The notes: generated by a model not told the origin, from the letters alone. DNA of 64,000 nt from Acidobacteriota bacterium (GCA_040752275.1 JBFMFH010000121.1:10849-74848), one strand, 5' to 3'. Positions 1-9,646 are shown, numbered from the stretch's first letter. Made by a program: numbers and translations.

Positions 1-218
1 TGCCTGAGGAGCGCGTCCTCGAGTTCCTTGGTAAACAGGCCCTTGCCGCCGATCCTGGCCAGCCGCGCGCCGAGCTCGCGATCGCCGGTCGTGCGGATGA
101 CCCGAAGGTCGACACGAATCCCTGGATGATGCGTCTGAATACGGCGCGCGACCTCGGAGGTCTGCGTCAACGCGAGATCGCTGCCGCGCGTGCCAATCGT
201 GAGTGCTTCGGCTCGCAT
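1..218 (-). CDS. hemC: Porphobilinogen deaminase, N-terminal 72 codons; the gene runs off the left edge
   Basis: Not in the ORF track because it is truncated. Reverse translation from the ATG at 218 gives MRAEALTIGTRGSDLALTQTSEVARRIQTHHPGIRVDLRVIRTTGDRELGARLARIGGKGLFTKELEDALLR. IGTRGSxLAL..Q and GGKGLFTKELE match the HemC N-terminus. It lies just downstream of hemA. Confidence 0.8.
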   Translation of the reverse strand, partial: MRAEALTIGTRGSDLALTQTSEVARRIQTHHPGIRVDLRVIRTTGDRELGARLARIGGKGLFTKELEDALLR

Positions 219-338
219 GTCCGGCCCCATGTCATGCCCTCCGAAAACGTGGCCGGGTCCGCTCGCTCAGCACTCAGCCCTGAGGGCCCGAGTACCTCGC
301 CGAGCCTGCGCGTCGAAGGGCTGAGGGTATCTGTCCGG

Positions 339-1634
339 TCATGGGGCGCCAACGCCAGCCTCGGTCCTGCTCGAGTGCGGCTCCAGAGCGAAGAGCTCCC
401 GAACCACTTCGAGTCTAGCCGACTCGACGCTCGCGGTGAACTCGCCCGACGTCAGGTGCGTGATCGGTGCACGGAGCAGCCGGCTGATGAGGGCCTTGGT
501 CATCCGCTCAACCGCGGCCTCCTCCTCCGGATGGAAGTGCCGGAGGTTTCTGCGCACCTCCTCCGCTCTGACCTGCTCGAAGCGCGCCGCCAGCTCGCGG
601 ACGACCGACGAGGCCCCGAGCCCACGGGTCCAGGCCATCAGTTTGCGGCACTCCTCATCGATGATGGCTTCGACGCGCGGCACTTCCCGCAGCCGGTGAG
701 CCAGGCTGCGATCGACGAGGGTCCGGACGGCGTCGATAGGATACAGCAACACCCCCGGCACCGTCTCGACAGACGGCTCGATGTCGCGCGGCACGGCGAC
801 GTCCACGAGGACGAGGGGGCGTTCGGGTCTGTCGGCCACGGCCGAATGCACCATGTCGCGGGTCACGACGAACCCCGGAGCGCGGGTGGCCGACACGACA
901 ACGTCGGTCGAGCCGAGGGCGTCCGGGATCTGGTCGAGCCGAATCGCCTCGCCGCCAAAAGCCGCCGCCACGGCTGCAGCGCGATCCGAACTGCGGTTCG
1001 CGACCACCAGACACGCCGGTCGGCGGTCGGCGAAGTGCCGCGCCGCCAGTCGGCACGTATCGCCGGCTCCAATCAGCAGCACCCGGCGGTTGCGGAGATC
1101 GCCGAGGGCCTGCTCGGCCAGGCTGACCGCGGCGGAGGCCACCGACACGGCGCCCATGCCGATGTCGGTCTCGGTTCGGGCGCGCTTGCCGGTGTGCAAC
1201 GCGGCGGACCAGAGCCGGTTCATCAGCGGTCCCAGCGTCTCAGCGTCACGGGCGCGGCTCTGGGCTTCGCGGACCTGCCCGAGGATCTGGTGCTCGCCGA
1301 GAATCATCGAGTCGAGCCCGGCTGCAACCCCCAGGAGGTGCCTGCACGCCTCTTCGCCGGTGCGCATGTACGCGTGAGGCGTGACGAGATCCGCCCGCTC
1401 GCCCGCCACGGTGAGGAACAGCCGCCGCATGGCCATCTCGGCCGCCAGTGGCTCGTCCGTGCAGACGTAGAGTTCGGTCCGGTTGCACGTGGCCAGGATG
1501 GCCGCTTCGCCGGTCGCCGGGTTGGTGCGGATGTCGCGCAGCATGCCGCGCACGCCTGCGCCATCCATCGCCAGCGCCTCACGAAGCTCAATCGGTGCCG
1601 TGTGGTGGTTGATGCCCAGTAGTTGAACCTGCAT
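339..1634 (-). CDS. hemA: Glutamyl-tRNA reductase
   Basis: ORF 339..1667. The conserved N-terminus MQVQLLGINHHTAPIELRE starts at the internal ATG at 1634, which has GAGG 5 nt upstream. Also has LATCNRTELY, an NAD-binding LLIGAGDT motif and full HemA length. Confidence 0.9.
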   Translation of the reverse strand: MQVQLLGINHHTAPIELREALAMDGAGVRGMLRDIRTNPATGEAAILATCNRTELYVCTDEPLAAEMAMRRLFLTVAGERADLVTPHAYMRTGEEACRHLLGVAAGLDSMILGEHQILGQVREAQSRARDAETLGPLMNRLWSAALHTGKRARTETDIGMGAVSVASAAVSLAEQALGDLRNRRVLLIGAGDTCRLAARHFADRRPACLVVANRSSDRAAAVAAAFGGEAIRLDQIPDALGSTDVVVSATRAPGFVVTRDMVHSAVADRPERPLVLVDVAVPRDIEPSVETVPGVLLYPIDAVRTLVDRSLAHRLREVPRVEAIIDEECRKLMAWTRGLGASSVVRELAARFEQVRAEEVRRNLRHFHPEEEAAVERMTKALISRLLRAPITHLTSGEFTASVESARLEVVRELFALEPHSSRTEAGVGAP

Positions 1635-1724
1635 ACCGACCTCTATCTCTCGAGCCACCCGTTCCACGCACGCATGAAGCCGCGACGGGGCCCCGCGCCT
1701 TGTGGGGACCAGGAAGATCCACGA

Positions 1725-1826
1725 CTGGTCCCCGGCCCCCTGGTCCCCGGCCCCCTGGTCCCTGGTCCCTCGTCCCTGGTCCCTGATGCCTACCCTGTCG
1801 CCCGCCGCCTGTCGCCTGTCGCCTGC
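1725..1826. repeat. Intergenic tandem micro-repeats: 2x CTGGTCCCCGGCCCC, about 4x TGGTCCC-like 7-mers, then 3x CCTGTCGC
   Basis: Read directly at 1725-1754 (15-mer x2), 1755-1790 (7-mers) and 1794-1822 (8-mers). Eight C-runs of >=3 lie on the plus strand, which are G-runs on the minus (sense) strand. GGGGACCAG at 1704-1712 is complementary to CTGGTCCCC at 1725-1733. Confidence 0.85.
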
Positions 1827-1827
1827 T

Positions 1828-3441
1828 CTAGTGCCACTCCCACTCGATGAACCCAGGGTTGACGTCCGTCATCGCGTTCACGATGAGCTCGACGAGCCCC
1901 CCGTACAGAATCCTGTGTTTCTCCCACAGGTCGTAGTAGTTGAGCATGTCGCGGAACTGTCCCTTGCAGTTGCTGCACGGCGCGCAGAGGTACTTGGGAA
2001 TCGACGGATCCAGGCAGTCGCCAAAAGCCTGCAGCACCTGTGCCAGCTTCTTCCGGCCGGACACCTTGAAGCGCCAGTCCGAGAAGTTGTGCCCGCTCAT
2101 GATGGCGAAGCCGCTCCCCCCGCCGCAGCAGTAGTTGTCGACGCCGTGCGGCGCCATCTCGCGGAATCTCGGGCAGATGGCACGCACGACCTCGCGCTGC
2201 GGCTCGACGACCCCCATCAGCCGGACCATGTTGCAGGGGTCGTGGAGCGTGACCGGAAAGTCATTTCGGGTCGGGTCGAGCTTGAGACGCCCGCTCGTGA
2301 CGATGTCACGCAGGAGCGTCATGGAACTCTCGCGAGGGATGTTGAGATCGCCCGTCAGCACGCGGTCGGCAATGACCGACAGCGCCTTGTGCGCGTGACC
2401 GCACTCGCCCAGCACGATCTTCTTGACCTTGAGCTTCTTCGCCGCCTCCGCGTGACGGATCGCCACTCGCGCGAATTGCGCGTCGTCGTACCAGAGGCCG
2501 TAGTTGATCGAATCGTAGCCGACGGCCTCTGACGACATCGTCCACTTGATGCCGGCCGCGGTCAGGATGAGGGCGAAGGCCCCGGGGTTCTCCGGCCAGG
2601 CCAGGATCTCGCCGGCGTTGTGGATGAGCAGGACATCGGCGCCTTCCACGTCCCACGGCGTCTCGACCTTGAAACCGGTCTTCTCGGACGTCTCTTCGTC
2701 GATGAACTCGATGTTGTCCTTCACCACTGTGGGCGACATGCCAGTCGAGGACCCGACCTTGAGCTGGAGCATCGAGCCAGTGTCGTGGATCTCCCTGGCC
2801 GCGATCCCCATCTCCTGGCTGAAGACCTTCCGCAGTTCGTGAGCGACCAGACCGTTGTCGGCGCCGATCGGGCATGTCTGCGCGCAGCGCCGGCAGAGAT
2901 TGCAGCGGTAGGCCAACTCGATCAGCCGCGCGACCAGGGGCCAATTCACGTCGATATCGCCGTGCTGCCAGGCCGACAGCACCCCACCGCGTCTGACGAA
3001 CTTGAAGTAGAGCCGGCGCACGATCTCGGAGCGGAACGTCGGCCGGTAGAGCTCGTTCCTGCCGCTCGCCTCGTAGATGTGGCACGATTCCGAGCACGTC
3101 TGGCACTTCGCGCAGTGCTCCATCGAGAGCAGCAGCGGCTGCAGGAAGGTCCAGTTGTTCTCGCGGGTGAACAGCTTGTCGAGGCCGGAGAGGAACTTCC
3201 GGACGAGCTCGTCCTCCTCCTCCTTGGTCTGTGGCTTCGGCACGCTCACCGCACACGTGTCATCGAGCAGGCACTCGTACTTCTCGAGGGCCTGGTCCGA
3301 CAGCGCAGCCCACCCAGGCTCGGCGGCCGGGTCTTCGAACGGAGCCGGCAGCCGCATCAGGTTCTCGGTCTCGAGGTGAACCAGCGGCTTGCCGTCCCGC
3401 CTCGACATGTCTTCCAGCTCGAGTGGATCGCGATCCGTCAT
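1828..3441 (-). CDS. HdrD/HmeD/DsrK-like cytoplasmic Fe-S oxidoreductase (two 4Fe-4S motifs plus CCG cysteine-rich domains)
   Basis: ORF 1828..3732. The likely start MTDRDPLE at 3441 forms an ATGA overlap with the stop of the upstream membrane gene. Motifs: CAKCQTCSESCH, CNLCRRCAQTCP, HDPCNMVR, YCCGGGSG, CAPCSNCKGQ. Confidence 0.75.
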   Translation of the reverse strand: MTDRDPLELEDMSRRDGKPLVHLETENLMRLPAPFEDPAAEPGWAALSDQALEKYECLLDDTCAVSVPKPQTKEEEDELVRKFLSGLDKLFTRENNWTFLQPLLLSMEHCAKCQTCSESCHIYEASGRNELYRPTFRSEIVRRLYFKFVRRGGVLSAWQHGDIDVNWPLVARLIELAYRCNLCRRCAQTCPIGADNGLVAHELRKVFSQEMGIAAREIHDTGSMLQLKVGSSTGMSPTVVKDNIEFIDEETSEKTGFKVETPWDVEGADVLLIHNAGEILAWPENPGAFALILTAAGIKWTMSSEAVGYDSINYGLWYDDAQFARVAIRHAEAAKKLKVKKIVLGECGHAHKALSVIADRVLTGDLNIPRESSMTLLRDIVTSGRLKLDPTRNDFPVTLHDPCNMVRLMGVVEPQREVVRAICPRFREMAPHGVDNYCCGGGSGFAIMSGHNFSDWRFKVSGRKKLAQVLQAFGDCLDPSIPKYLCAPCSNCKGQFRDMLNYYDLWEKHRILYGGLVELIVNAMTDVNPGFIEWEWH

Positions 3442-4373
3442 CGCTTCACCCCTCCCGTGGGGTTGGTCGTCACGACATCCGCCCACGTCCTGACCCCGTC
3501 GGCCGTCATATGCGGAGCCGTCCAGGTTGGCCGGTACGTCAGATACACCGCCAGCGCCCGCTCGAACCTCCCGCCGCGGCAATTGGCCGCGTCGTCCCAG
3601 CGCACGGCGTGGTAGGTGAAGTACTTGCCGACGAAGTGCGACATGTGCGTAAAGGGGATGTACGCCGCCAGCAGCCCGCACAGCACGAGGCCCGCGCCGA
3701 ACACGGCCGGCACCTGCACCGTGGTGTCCCACCTCAGCAGCCCAACCGTGGTCGCGAGGATCCCGGGAGCGCCAGCCGGGCGCAGCACGTAGCCCGCACC
3801 CAGCAGGCCGAGGGCCATCAGGAAGGCCGCCAGGTTGAAGATGTCACCCGGCGTCGTGTACGTCTTCAGGTCCGGGTCGGTGAGGCGTCGCGCCAGCAGG
3901 CCGAGCGCGCCAGCGAGGGTCAGGATGAGCCCTGCCCCTCCAACCGCCCTGCAGACCCACGTCGCGAGACTGCCCGCCGCGCCGGCCATCAGGGCCGGCG
4001 CGAGCAGGGTCGCCAGGGCTGCCACGAGCAGCAGACACACGGTCCCGATGAGTAGGTAGAGACCGACATGGAAGGGGAACGAGCGCCACCACAGGCGCGG
4101 GTTGAACTCGCGCAGCGCCTTGAGAAAGAGCATCTCGGTGAACATCGCCCGAAGCTCTCCCGCCACGTTGAAGTGGCCGTCCTTCGTCCACCAGTCGGAC
4201 TCCTCGAAGTACGACCCGCCATGCGCCGCCCGGCCCGGCGCTTCGTGGGGAACCGGGTAGAGTTCCCACCGGAGGTGCAGCGGCGCCCGCGCGTATCGGA
4301 GCGCGCGCAGTACCGTGCCCACGACGAAGACGAGGGCCGACGCGTACAGGACAACGAAGACTGCGGTCGTCAT
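3438..4373 (-). CDS. NarI/DsrM/HmeC-like integral membrane cytochrome b subunit
   Basis: 311-aa polytopic membrane protein. The N-terminus (VVLYASALVFVVGTVLRALRYARAPLHLRWELYPVPHE) is typical of the nitrate-reductase-gamma-like family. Translationally coupled to the HdrD-like gene. Confidence 0.7.
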   Translation of the reverse strand: MTTAVFVVLYASALVFVVGTVLRALRYARAPLHLRWELYPVPHEAPGRAAHGGSYFEESDWWTKDGHFNVAGELRAMFTEMLFLKALREFNPRLWWRSFPFHVGLYLLIGTVCLLLVAALATLLAPALMAGAAGSLATWVCRAVGGAGLILTLAGALGLLARRLTDPDLKTYTTPGDIFNLAAFLMALGLLGAGYVLRPAGAPGILATTVGLLRWDTTVQVPAVFGAGLVLCGLLAAYIPFTHMSHFVGKYFTYHAVRWDDAANCRGGRFERALAVYLTYRPTWTAPHMTADGVRTWADVVTTNPTGGVKR

Positions 4374-4385
4374 GGCGGATCCGAT

Positions 4386-5651
4386 CTACTTCTTCACGTC
4401 GCCGGTCGCGGCGCCGTGGAGCTTGACCTCCACCTTCTGCTCGAGGTTGTCGTAGTACTCCTTCAGGATGGCAATCACCTCCGGCTTCGAGAACTCGGCC
4501 GGTACGGGCTTGCCCTCGCTCATGAGCTTGCGGAGCAGCGTGCCCGAGAGCAGGAGTCTGGCCCCGCCCTTGTAGTTCCCGTCGTCGTCGATCACCGCCT
4601 TGCTGCTGTGGGGGCAGGTCTTCATCGAGGCCATCGTGCCGCACTCGTAGCAGTAGAAGGTCCAGTCCATGTTCAGCGGCCGGAGCTGCAGGGCGTCCGA
4701 CGGGATTTCGCTGAAGATCTTCTGGGCGTCGAACGGCCCGTAGTAGTCGCCCACGCCGGCGTGATCGCGTCCAACGATCAGGTGCGAGCAGCCGAAGTTC
4801 TGGCGGAACACGGCGTGCAGCAGCGCCTCGCGCGGTCCGGCGTAGCGCATCTCCATCGGGTAGCCCCCTTGAACGACCCGCTCCGCGCGGAAGTACTTGT
4901 TGACCAGCGCGTCAATCGCCTTCACGCGTACGTCGGCCGGGATGTCGCCCGCCTTCAGCTTGCCGACCAACTGGTGGATGTACACACCGTCGCAGACTTC
5001 GATGGCAATCCAGGCCAGATAGGCGTGCGACCCGTGCATCGGGTTGCGCAGCTGCAGCGCCGCCACCGTGCTCCAGCCGCGTTGCTCGAAGATCGCCCGG
5101 GCTTCGGCGGGCCGCTGGTAGATGCCCTTGAACATCTCGGGGAAGAACGACTCCGACACGACCTTGACTGGGCCGGCCAGGTTGACCTCGGCCTGCTCCA
5201 TGACCTTCTGCACCCCGGGGTGGGCCGTATCCGTGGTCTTGAACACCTCCTTGCACTCGTGTTCCTTGTCGACCGTGTACTTCTCTTCGACCTTCATCGT
5301 GCCCATGAGGGCGTCGGTCTCGACGTCCCACAGGGCGACCTCTTCGTTCTTCCCGATGGAATCGGCCAGCGCCTTGTCGGCCGAGAGCGTGATCGGGATC
5401 GGCCAGAACAGACCGTGACGGCTCGGCAGCGTGTAGGTGTCACAACTGCCCTGCCAGTCGTCCTTGCCCATGAAGCCATCGAGCGGCGTGAACGCGCCGA
5501 TGCCCATCATGATGAGGTCTCCCGTTTCACGGGAGGTCATGGGGACCCTCTTGAGGTTCTTCGCCTTCTTGACCTCGGCTTCGAGGGCCGAGCCCTGGAG
5601 CAGGAGCGGCTTCAGGGTGGGACTGCCGTGCGGCTTGACCAGATTACTCAT
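4386..5651 (-). CDS. sat: Sulfate adenylyltransferase (ATP sulfurylase)
   Basis: [29 protein letters not shown] and [12 protein letters not shown] motifs. The ATG at 5651 has GAGGTG 5 nt upstream. Confidence 0.93.
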   Translation of the reverse strand: MSNLVKPHGSPTLKPLLLQGSALEAEVKKAKNLKRVPMTSRETGDLIMMGIGAFTPLDGFMGKDDWQGSCDTYTLPSRHGLFWPIPITLSADKALADSIGKNEEVALWDVETDALMGTMKVEEKYTVDKEHECKEVFKTTDTAHPGVQKVMEQAEVNLAGPVKVVSESFFPEMFKGIYQRPAEARAIFEQRGWSTVAALQLRNPMHGSHAYLAWIAIEVCDGVYIHQLVGKLKAGDIPADVRVKAIDALVNKYFRAERVVQGGYPMEMRYAGPREALLHAVFRQNFGCSHLIVGRDHAGVGDYYGPFDAQKIFSEIPSDALQLRPLNMDWTFYCYECGTMASMKTCPHSSKAVIDDDGNYKGGARLLLSGTLLRKLMSEGKPVPAEFSKPEVIAILKEYYDNLEQKVEVKLHGAATGDVKK

Positions 5652-5838
5652 GAACACACCTCACATCTGATGAATCATCACGCGCCACGGTGCCACCTTC
5701 CTGGACCCCGGCGCCTCTGCTCGTGCCCAACTCCAGAACCCGGGCCGAGCGCTCCCGGGCCTGACCGTGCCACAGCCGGGTCCATCGGCCCGGCTCCCTC
5801 CTTCGACGCAGCCTCCAGCCGCGCGACGACGCCGGCGC

Positions 5839-7317
5839 TCAGAGCGTCCGCGGGGTGTTCCCCGCCGGGTCCCGTGATCCGGTCTCCCTCGGGGGACACC
5901 CGGCCCCTGCCCGCACGAAGCGGCGGGCCGAGCTGAGCAGCCCCTCCGCCCACTGAGGCGTCGCGGCGGCGTGCACGTGCATGTAACTCGCCCAGACCTG
6001 GTGGGCCACGACGCCGTCGCGGCCCGCCACGCTGCCGGAGCCGCGAAGGACGGTACACGCGGTGGGCGGCACCGCCTCACCCTCCGCCACGATGCGCGAG
6101 TAGTGGAACTCGTGGCCGCGAAGCCGCTCCCCGACCGGAAAGAACGGGTTCGGGGTGTCGACGACCAGCTCCACATAGCCGTGGCCCTGCGGCGTACGAG
6201 CCAGCTCGACCTCCCATGCGAAGATGCCGGCCATCGGGCTCACGCGACCGGCCTGGCGAATGGCGCGCGAGAGCAGCATCAACCCTCCGCACTCGGCGTA
6301 CACCGGCATGCCTGCCTCGGCCCGACGGCGAAGGTCGTCGAGGAACGCTCGGTTGGCTGAGATGGCCGCTGCGTGCGTCTCGGGGAACCCGCCGCCGATG
6401 TACAACGCATGCAGGTCCGGCGGCAGCTCAGGAGCCGTCAGACTCGAGATGGGAACGAGCGTCGCACCGGCTGACGCCAGGATCTCGAGGTTCTCCGGAT
6501 AGTAGAAGGTGAACGCCGAGTCGCGCAGGTACCCGATACGCAGCCCGTTCCCGGACTCACGAGGCCTGAGCAATCCCGGCACATCGATCCGCGTCGCAGG
6601 GGCCTGGGCGGCCAGCATCACGATGCGATCGACGTCGAGATGAGCGCCGATCAGCTCCGCCAGCCGGGTCTGGAAGCCGTCCAGCCCGCCGTGTTCCTCG
6701 GGCGGCACGAGACCAAGGTGGCGGCCTGGCAGCAGGGCCGCGTCACGAAGCCGCGGCAGCACGCCGGCGATGGGCACGCCGCACGTGGTTTCGACGGCCT
6801 CGCGGATCACCCGCTCGTGCCTGGGGCCGCTGACCTGGTTCAGCACGACGCCCGCCAGACGGACGTGCGGGTCGAGCCGCTGGCACCCGAGGACGAGCGC
6901 CGCCACGGTCCGCGTCATCTTCGTGGCGTTCACGACGAGGATGACGGGCGCGTCCAGCGCCTTGGCGAGCTCGGCGGTGCTGTGCGTTCCTCCGGCATCG
7001 ACGCCGTCGTACAGCCCGCGGTTCCCTTCGATGAGCGCCAGAGCGGCTCCGGCCGCGTGGCGCGCGAAGCTCACGCGCACGCCGTCGACACCCATCAGGT
7101 AGGTGTCGAGGTTGCGCGCGGGTGCACCCGACGCCCACGCGAGCCAGGCCGCGTCGATATAGTCGGGGCCCTTCTTGAATGCCCGCACGTCGAGCCCGCG
7201 CGCGCGCGCGGCCTGCACCAGAGCCAGCGACACGAGTGTCTTCCCGGCGTCACCGCCGAGGCCGGCCACCACGAGGCGCGGCGGCCACGTGCCTCCCGCC
7301 GGCGCCGTGTCCGTCAC
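5839..7317 (-). CDS. dsrN: Cobyrinic acid a,c-diamide synthase family amidotransferase in dsr context (DsrN, siroheme amidase)
   Basis: This is the C-terminal 492 codons of the 1076-aa track ORF. The GTG at 7317 overlaps the dsrP stop (GTGA). Has a P-loop-like GLGGDAGKT and a glutamine amidotransferase part (YAECGGLMLL, GHEFHYS). Confidence 0.75.
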   Translation of the reverse strand: MTDTAPAGGTWPPRLVVAGLGGDAGKTLVSLALVQAARARGLDVRAFKKGPDYIDAAWLAWASGAPARNLDTYLMGVDGVRVSFARHAAGAALALIEGNRGLYDGVDAGGTHSTAELAKALDAPVILVVNATKMTRTVAALVLGCQRLDPHVRLAGVVLNQVSGPRHERVIREAVETTCGVPIAGVLPRLRDAALLPGRHLGLVPPEEHGGLDGFQTRLAELIGAHLDVDRIVMLAAQAPATRIDVPGLLRPRESGNGLRIGYLRDSAFTFYYPENLEILASAGATLVPISSLTAPELPPDLHALYIGGGFPETHAAAISANRAFLDDLRRRAEAGMPVYAECGGLMLLSRAIRQAGRVSPMAGIFAWEVELARTPQGHGYVELVVDTPNPFFPVGERLRGHEFHYSRIVAEGEAVPPTACTVLRGSGSVAGRDGVVAHQVWASYMHVHAAATPQWAEGLLSSARRFVRAGAGCPPRETGSRDPAGNTPRTL

Positions 7318-8480
7318 GAGGCGGCTACCTCCTCCCGCACCGACAACGCGATCTTGTAGAACACCGTGACCATCAGGAACCCGAGGGCCCAGATGCCGAG
7401 GACGATCAGGATCTCGGGCAAAGTCGGCACGTAGCTGGCCAAGGCACCGAGCGGCGACGGGACGAAGCCGCCTACGATCAAGCCCAGGCCCTTGTCGATC
7501 CACAGCGAGGCGAACACCATCACGCAGGTCACGGCCAGCACCGGCTCGCGGCGCCGCATCGACGGCACGAGCAGCAGCACCAGCGAGACGACGGCGAGGA
7601 TCGACGAGGTCCACATCCAGGGCGCCAGGGGCGCCTGGCCGTGCAGCCCCACGAACAGGTACCGGAAGTGCTCCATGTGTTCGGGGATCTGGCTGTAGAA
7701 GACCGTGAACAGCTCGAGCAGGATGAAGAACACGTTGGCCATCATCGCGTAGGTCACGATGACGCCCAGCTTTTGAATCGGCTCGCGGCCGGCGTCGAAC
7801 CACGTGACGCGACGCATGACCAGGCACAGCAGGATGAGCAGCGCCGGGCCAGCCGCGAAGGCCGAGGCCAGGAAGCGCGGGGCCAGGATCGCCGTCAGCC
7901 AGAACGAGCGGCCGGGCAGTCCGTTGTAGAGGAAGGCCGTCACCGTGTGGATACTGACCGCCCACGGGATCGACAGGATGATGACCGGCCGGATCCACCG
8001 AGGCGGCGCCACGCGCTTGCGCTCGGCGCTCAGCGTGACCAGTGCGATCACGGCGTTCAGCACGAAGTACCCGCCCAGCGACACCATGTCCCAGAACATC
8101 ATCGAGTTGGGTGTGGGATACAGGATGATATTCGCCACGCGCATGGGCTGTCCCATGTCGACCATGATGAACAGTCCGCACATCGTGACGGACGCGATGG
8201 CCAGCAACTCCCCGAGGATGGTGATGCGGCCGAAGACCTTGAAGTCGTGCAGGTAGAACGGCAGCACGACCATGACCGCCGAGGCGGCCACGCCCACGAA
8301 GAAGGTGAACTGCGCGATGTACAGCCCCCAGGTCACATCCCGGCTCAGTCCCGTCACGGCGAGCCCGACATCCAGCTGCCGCAGGTAGGCCACGAAGGCG
8401 ACGGCCATCACGGCCAGCAGGCCCAGGACCCACAGCCAGTAGCGCCGGCTGCCAGCGACCGCTTTTTCGAACATGAACAT
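7314..8480 (-). CDS. dsrP: DsrP, NrfD/PsrC-like integral membrane subunit
   Basis: 388-aa polytopic membrane protein between dsrO and dsrN. NrfD-like hydrophobic pattern. Confidence 0.8.
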   Translation of the reverse strand: MFMFEKAVAGSRRYWLWVLGLLAVMAVAFVAYLRQLDVGLAVTGLSRDVTWGLYIAQFTFFVGVAASAVMVVLPFYLHDFKVFGRITILGELLAIASVTMCGLFIMVDMGQPMRVANIILYPTPNSMMFWDMVSLGGYFVLNAVIALVTLSAERKRVAPPRWIRPVIILSIPWAVSIHTVTAFLYNGLPGRSFWLTAILAPRFLASAFAAGPALLILLCLVMRRVTWFDAGREPIQKLGVIVTYAMMANVFFILLELFTVFYSQIPEHMEHFRYLFVGLHGQAPLAPWMWTSSILAVVSLVLLLVPSMRRREPVLAVTCVMVFASLWIDKGLGLIVGGFVPSPLGALASYVPTLPEILIVLGIWALGFLMVTVFYKIALSVREEVAAS

Positions 8481-8489
8481 GGCCGTTCC

Positions 8490-9254
8490 TCAGACGATGT
8501 AGTAGACGGCGGGGCCCGTGCCCAGCTCGGCCTTCCGCCGGAGTGCGAGGCGCTCGCGCAGCAGCGACCGGACCTCTGACGACGCGTCGCCGAGATCGCC
8601 GAACACGATCGCCCTTTCGGGACATGCCTCGACACACGAGGGCACCTGGTTCTTCGCGAGGCGTTCCTCGCAAAACGTGCACTTCTCGACGACGCCCTTC
8701 GATCGCGTCGGGAACTCCGGCGTGATCCGGGCAATCGACGGCCGCGGGTCGCTCCAGTTGAAGCTGCGCGACCCGTAAGGGCAGCCGGCCATGCAGTACC
8801 GGCATCCGATGCACCGGTGCCAGTCCATCATCACGATGCCGTCCTCGCGCCTCCACGTCGCCTGCGTAGGACACACGCGGACGCACGGCGGGTTCTCGCA
8901 GTGGTTGCACAGCACCATGACCGGCTTGCCGTGCAGCGCCTCGGGTGGATGTTCCGATTCGAGGAACGGGAAGGCGGCCTCGAACTTCTCCTTCCAGATC
9001 CACTTGATCTCGCGGGCCGGGTCGGCCACCGACGGAACATTGTGCGCGACGTGGCACGCCTCGACGCACTTCACGCAGTCACCGGCGTCGAGACACTTGC
9101 GCGGGTCGATCACCATGGCCCACCGCCGGCCGGACGCCGCCTCGGAGGACTCGCTCACCACCTCGAAGCCGAGGGCGTCGAGGGTGGCCTTGCCGGCCAG
9201 CGCGAGGGTGGTGAGTCCCGCCGCGCCGAGGAACCCGCGTCTGCTGATGCTCAT
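8490..9254 (-). CDS. dsrO: DsrO, periplasmic 4Fe-4S ferredoxin-like subunit with Tat signal
   Basis: Start MSISRRGFLGAAGLTTLALAG (twin-arginine motif) at 9254, overlapping the dsrJ stop (ATGA). Multiple CxxCxxCxxxCP clusters. Confidence 0.85.
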   Translation of the reverse strand: MSISRRGFLGAAGLTTLALAGKATLDALGFEVVSESSEAASGRRWAMVIDPRKCLDAGDCVKCVEACHVAHNVPSVADPAREIKWIWKEKFEAAFPFLESEHPPEALHGKPVMVLCNHCENPPCVRVCPTQATWRREDGIVMMDWHRCIGCRYCMAGCPYGSRSFNWSDPRPSIARITPEFPTRSKGVVEKCTFCEERLAKNQVPSCVEACPERAIVFGDLGDASSEVRSLLRERLALRRKAELGTGPAVYYIV

Positions 9255-9646
9255 GGCCTGCTCCTTCGAATCGACGCCGGGTCGACATGGCAGTCCCAGC
9301 AGTAGGGCGTGACCCCCGCGTAGTCGTGACAGCGGTCGCAGAACTCCGCCTTGTTGTCGTGGCACCTCAGGCAGGTCGCGGTGAGGCTCTTGGTGTACGG
9401 CTTCCCGTCGTGCGACACGAACGTCCTGTCGTACCGGCGGACCACATCGTCGCGCCAGGTCATGAGCAGGTCCATGTGCGACGACCGCATGTAGCTGACG
9501 TCCATGACGCAGGACGTCTCGGTCGCGGGCCGCTTGATGTCGGGCGCATTCGACGGTGCGCCCGACACCAAGGCGTACCAGGATGGCGAGGTCACGAGAA
9601 CGAGGAAGGCGGCCAGGGCCGCGACGATCACGTAGCGGTCACGCAT
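9251..9646 (-). CDS. dsrJ: DsrJ, triheme cytochrome c
   Basis: 131 aa with an N-terminal TM/signal anchor. Three CxxCH motifs (CLRCH, CDRCH, CWDCH). Confidence 0.88.
   Translation of the reverse strand: MRDRYVIVAALAAFLVLVTSPSWYALVSGAPSNAPDIKRPATETSCVMDVSYMRSSHMDLLMTWRDDVVRRYDRTFVSHDGKPYTKSLTATCLRCHDNKAEFCDRCHDYAGVTPYCWDCHVDPASIRRSRP

Noticed and set aside
126-1622. 498-aa plus-strand ORF, representative of many long antisense ORFs. Others include 4068-5936, 7179-8579, 9645-11420, 13218-14972, 19001-20566, 21063-23309, 23446-25920, 44882-47146, 47342-48937 and 49148-51168 on the plus strand, and 31348-33057, 33067-34167, 35403-36401, 36465-37838, 40065-41861 and 54761-56032 on the minus strand.
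   Set aside because: Each lies antisense to, or out of frame with, a gene that has unmistakable family signatures. Their translations are Arg/Ala/Pro/Gly-rich low-complexity strings with no recognisable motifs. Long stop-free shadow frames are expected at this GC content.
1623-1850. Plus-strand ORFs with PGPLVPGPLVPGP repeats (1623-1850, 1702-2532) that could be read as a collagen-like or proline-rich repeat protein.
   Set aside because: The repeat is the translation of intergenic DNA micro-repeats. The ORFs then run antisense into the HdrD-like gene. There is no start context, and I interpret the region as a nucleic-acid-level repeat.
5839-9069. 1076-aa giant ORF, which could have been an unusual fusion protein spanning the dsrO/dsrP/dsrN region.
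   Set aside because: Only the last 492 codons (DsrN, from the GTG at 7317) look like a real protein. The upstream part overlaps the well-supported dsrP and dsrO genes in another frame and is Arg/Gly-rich nonsense.
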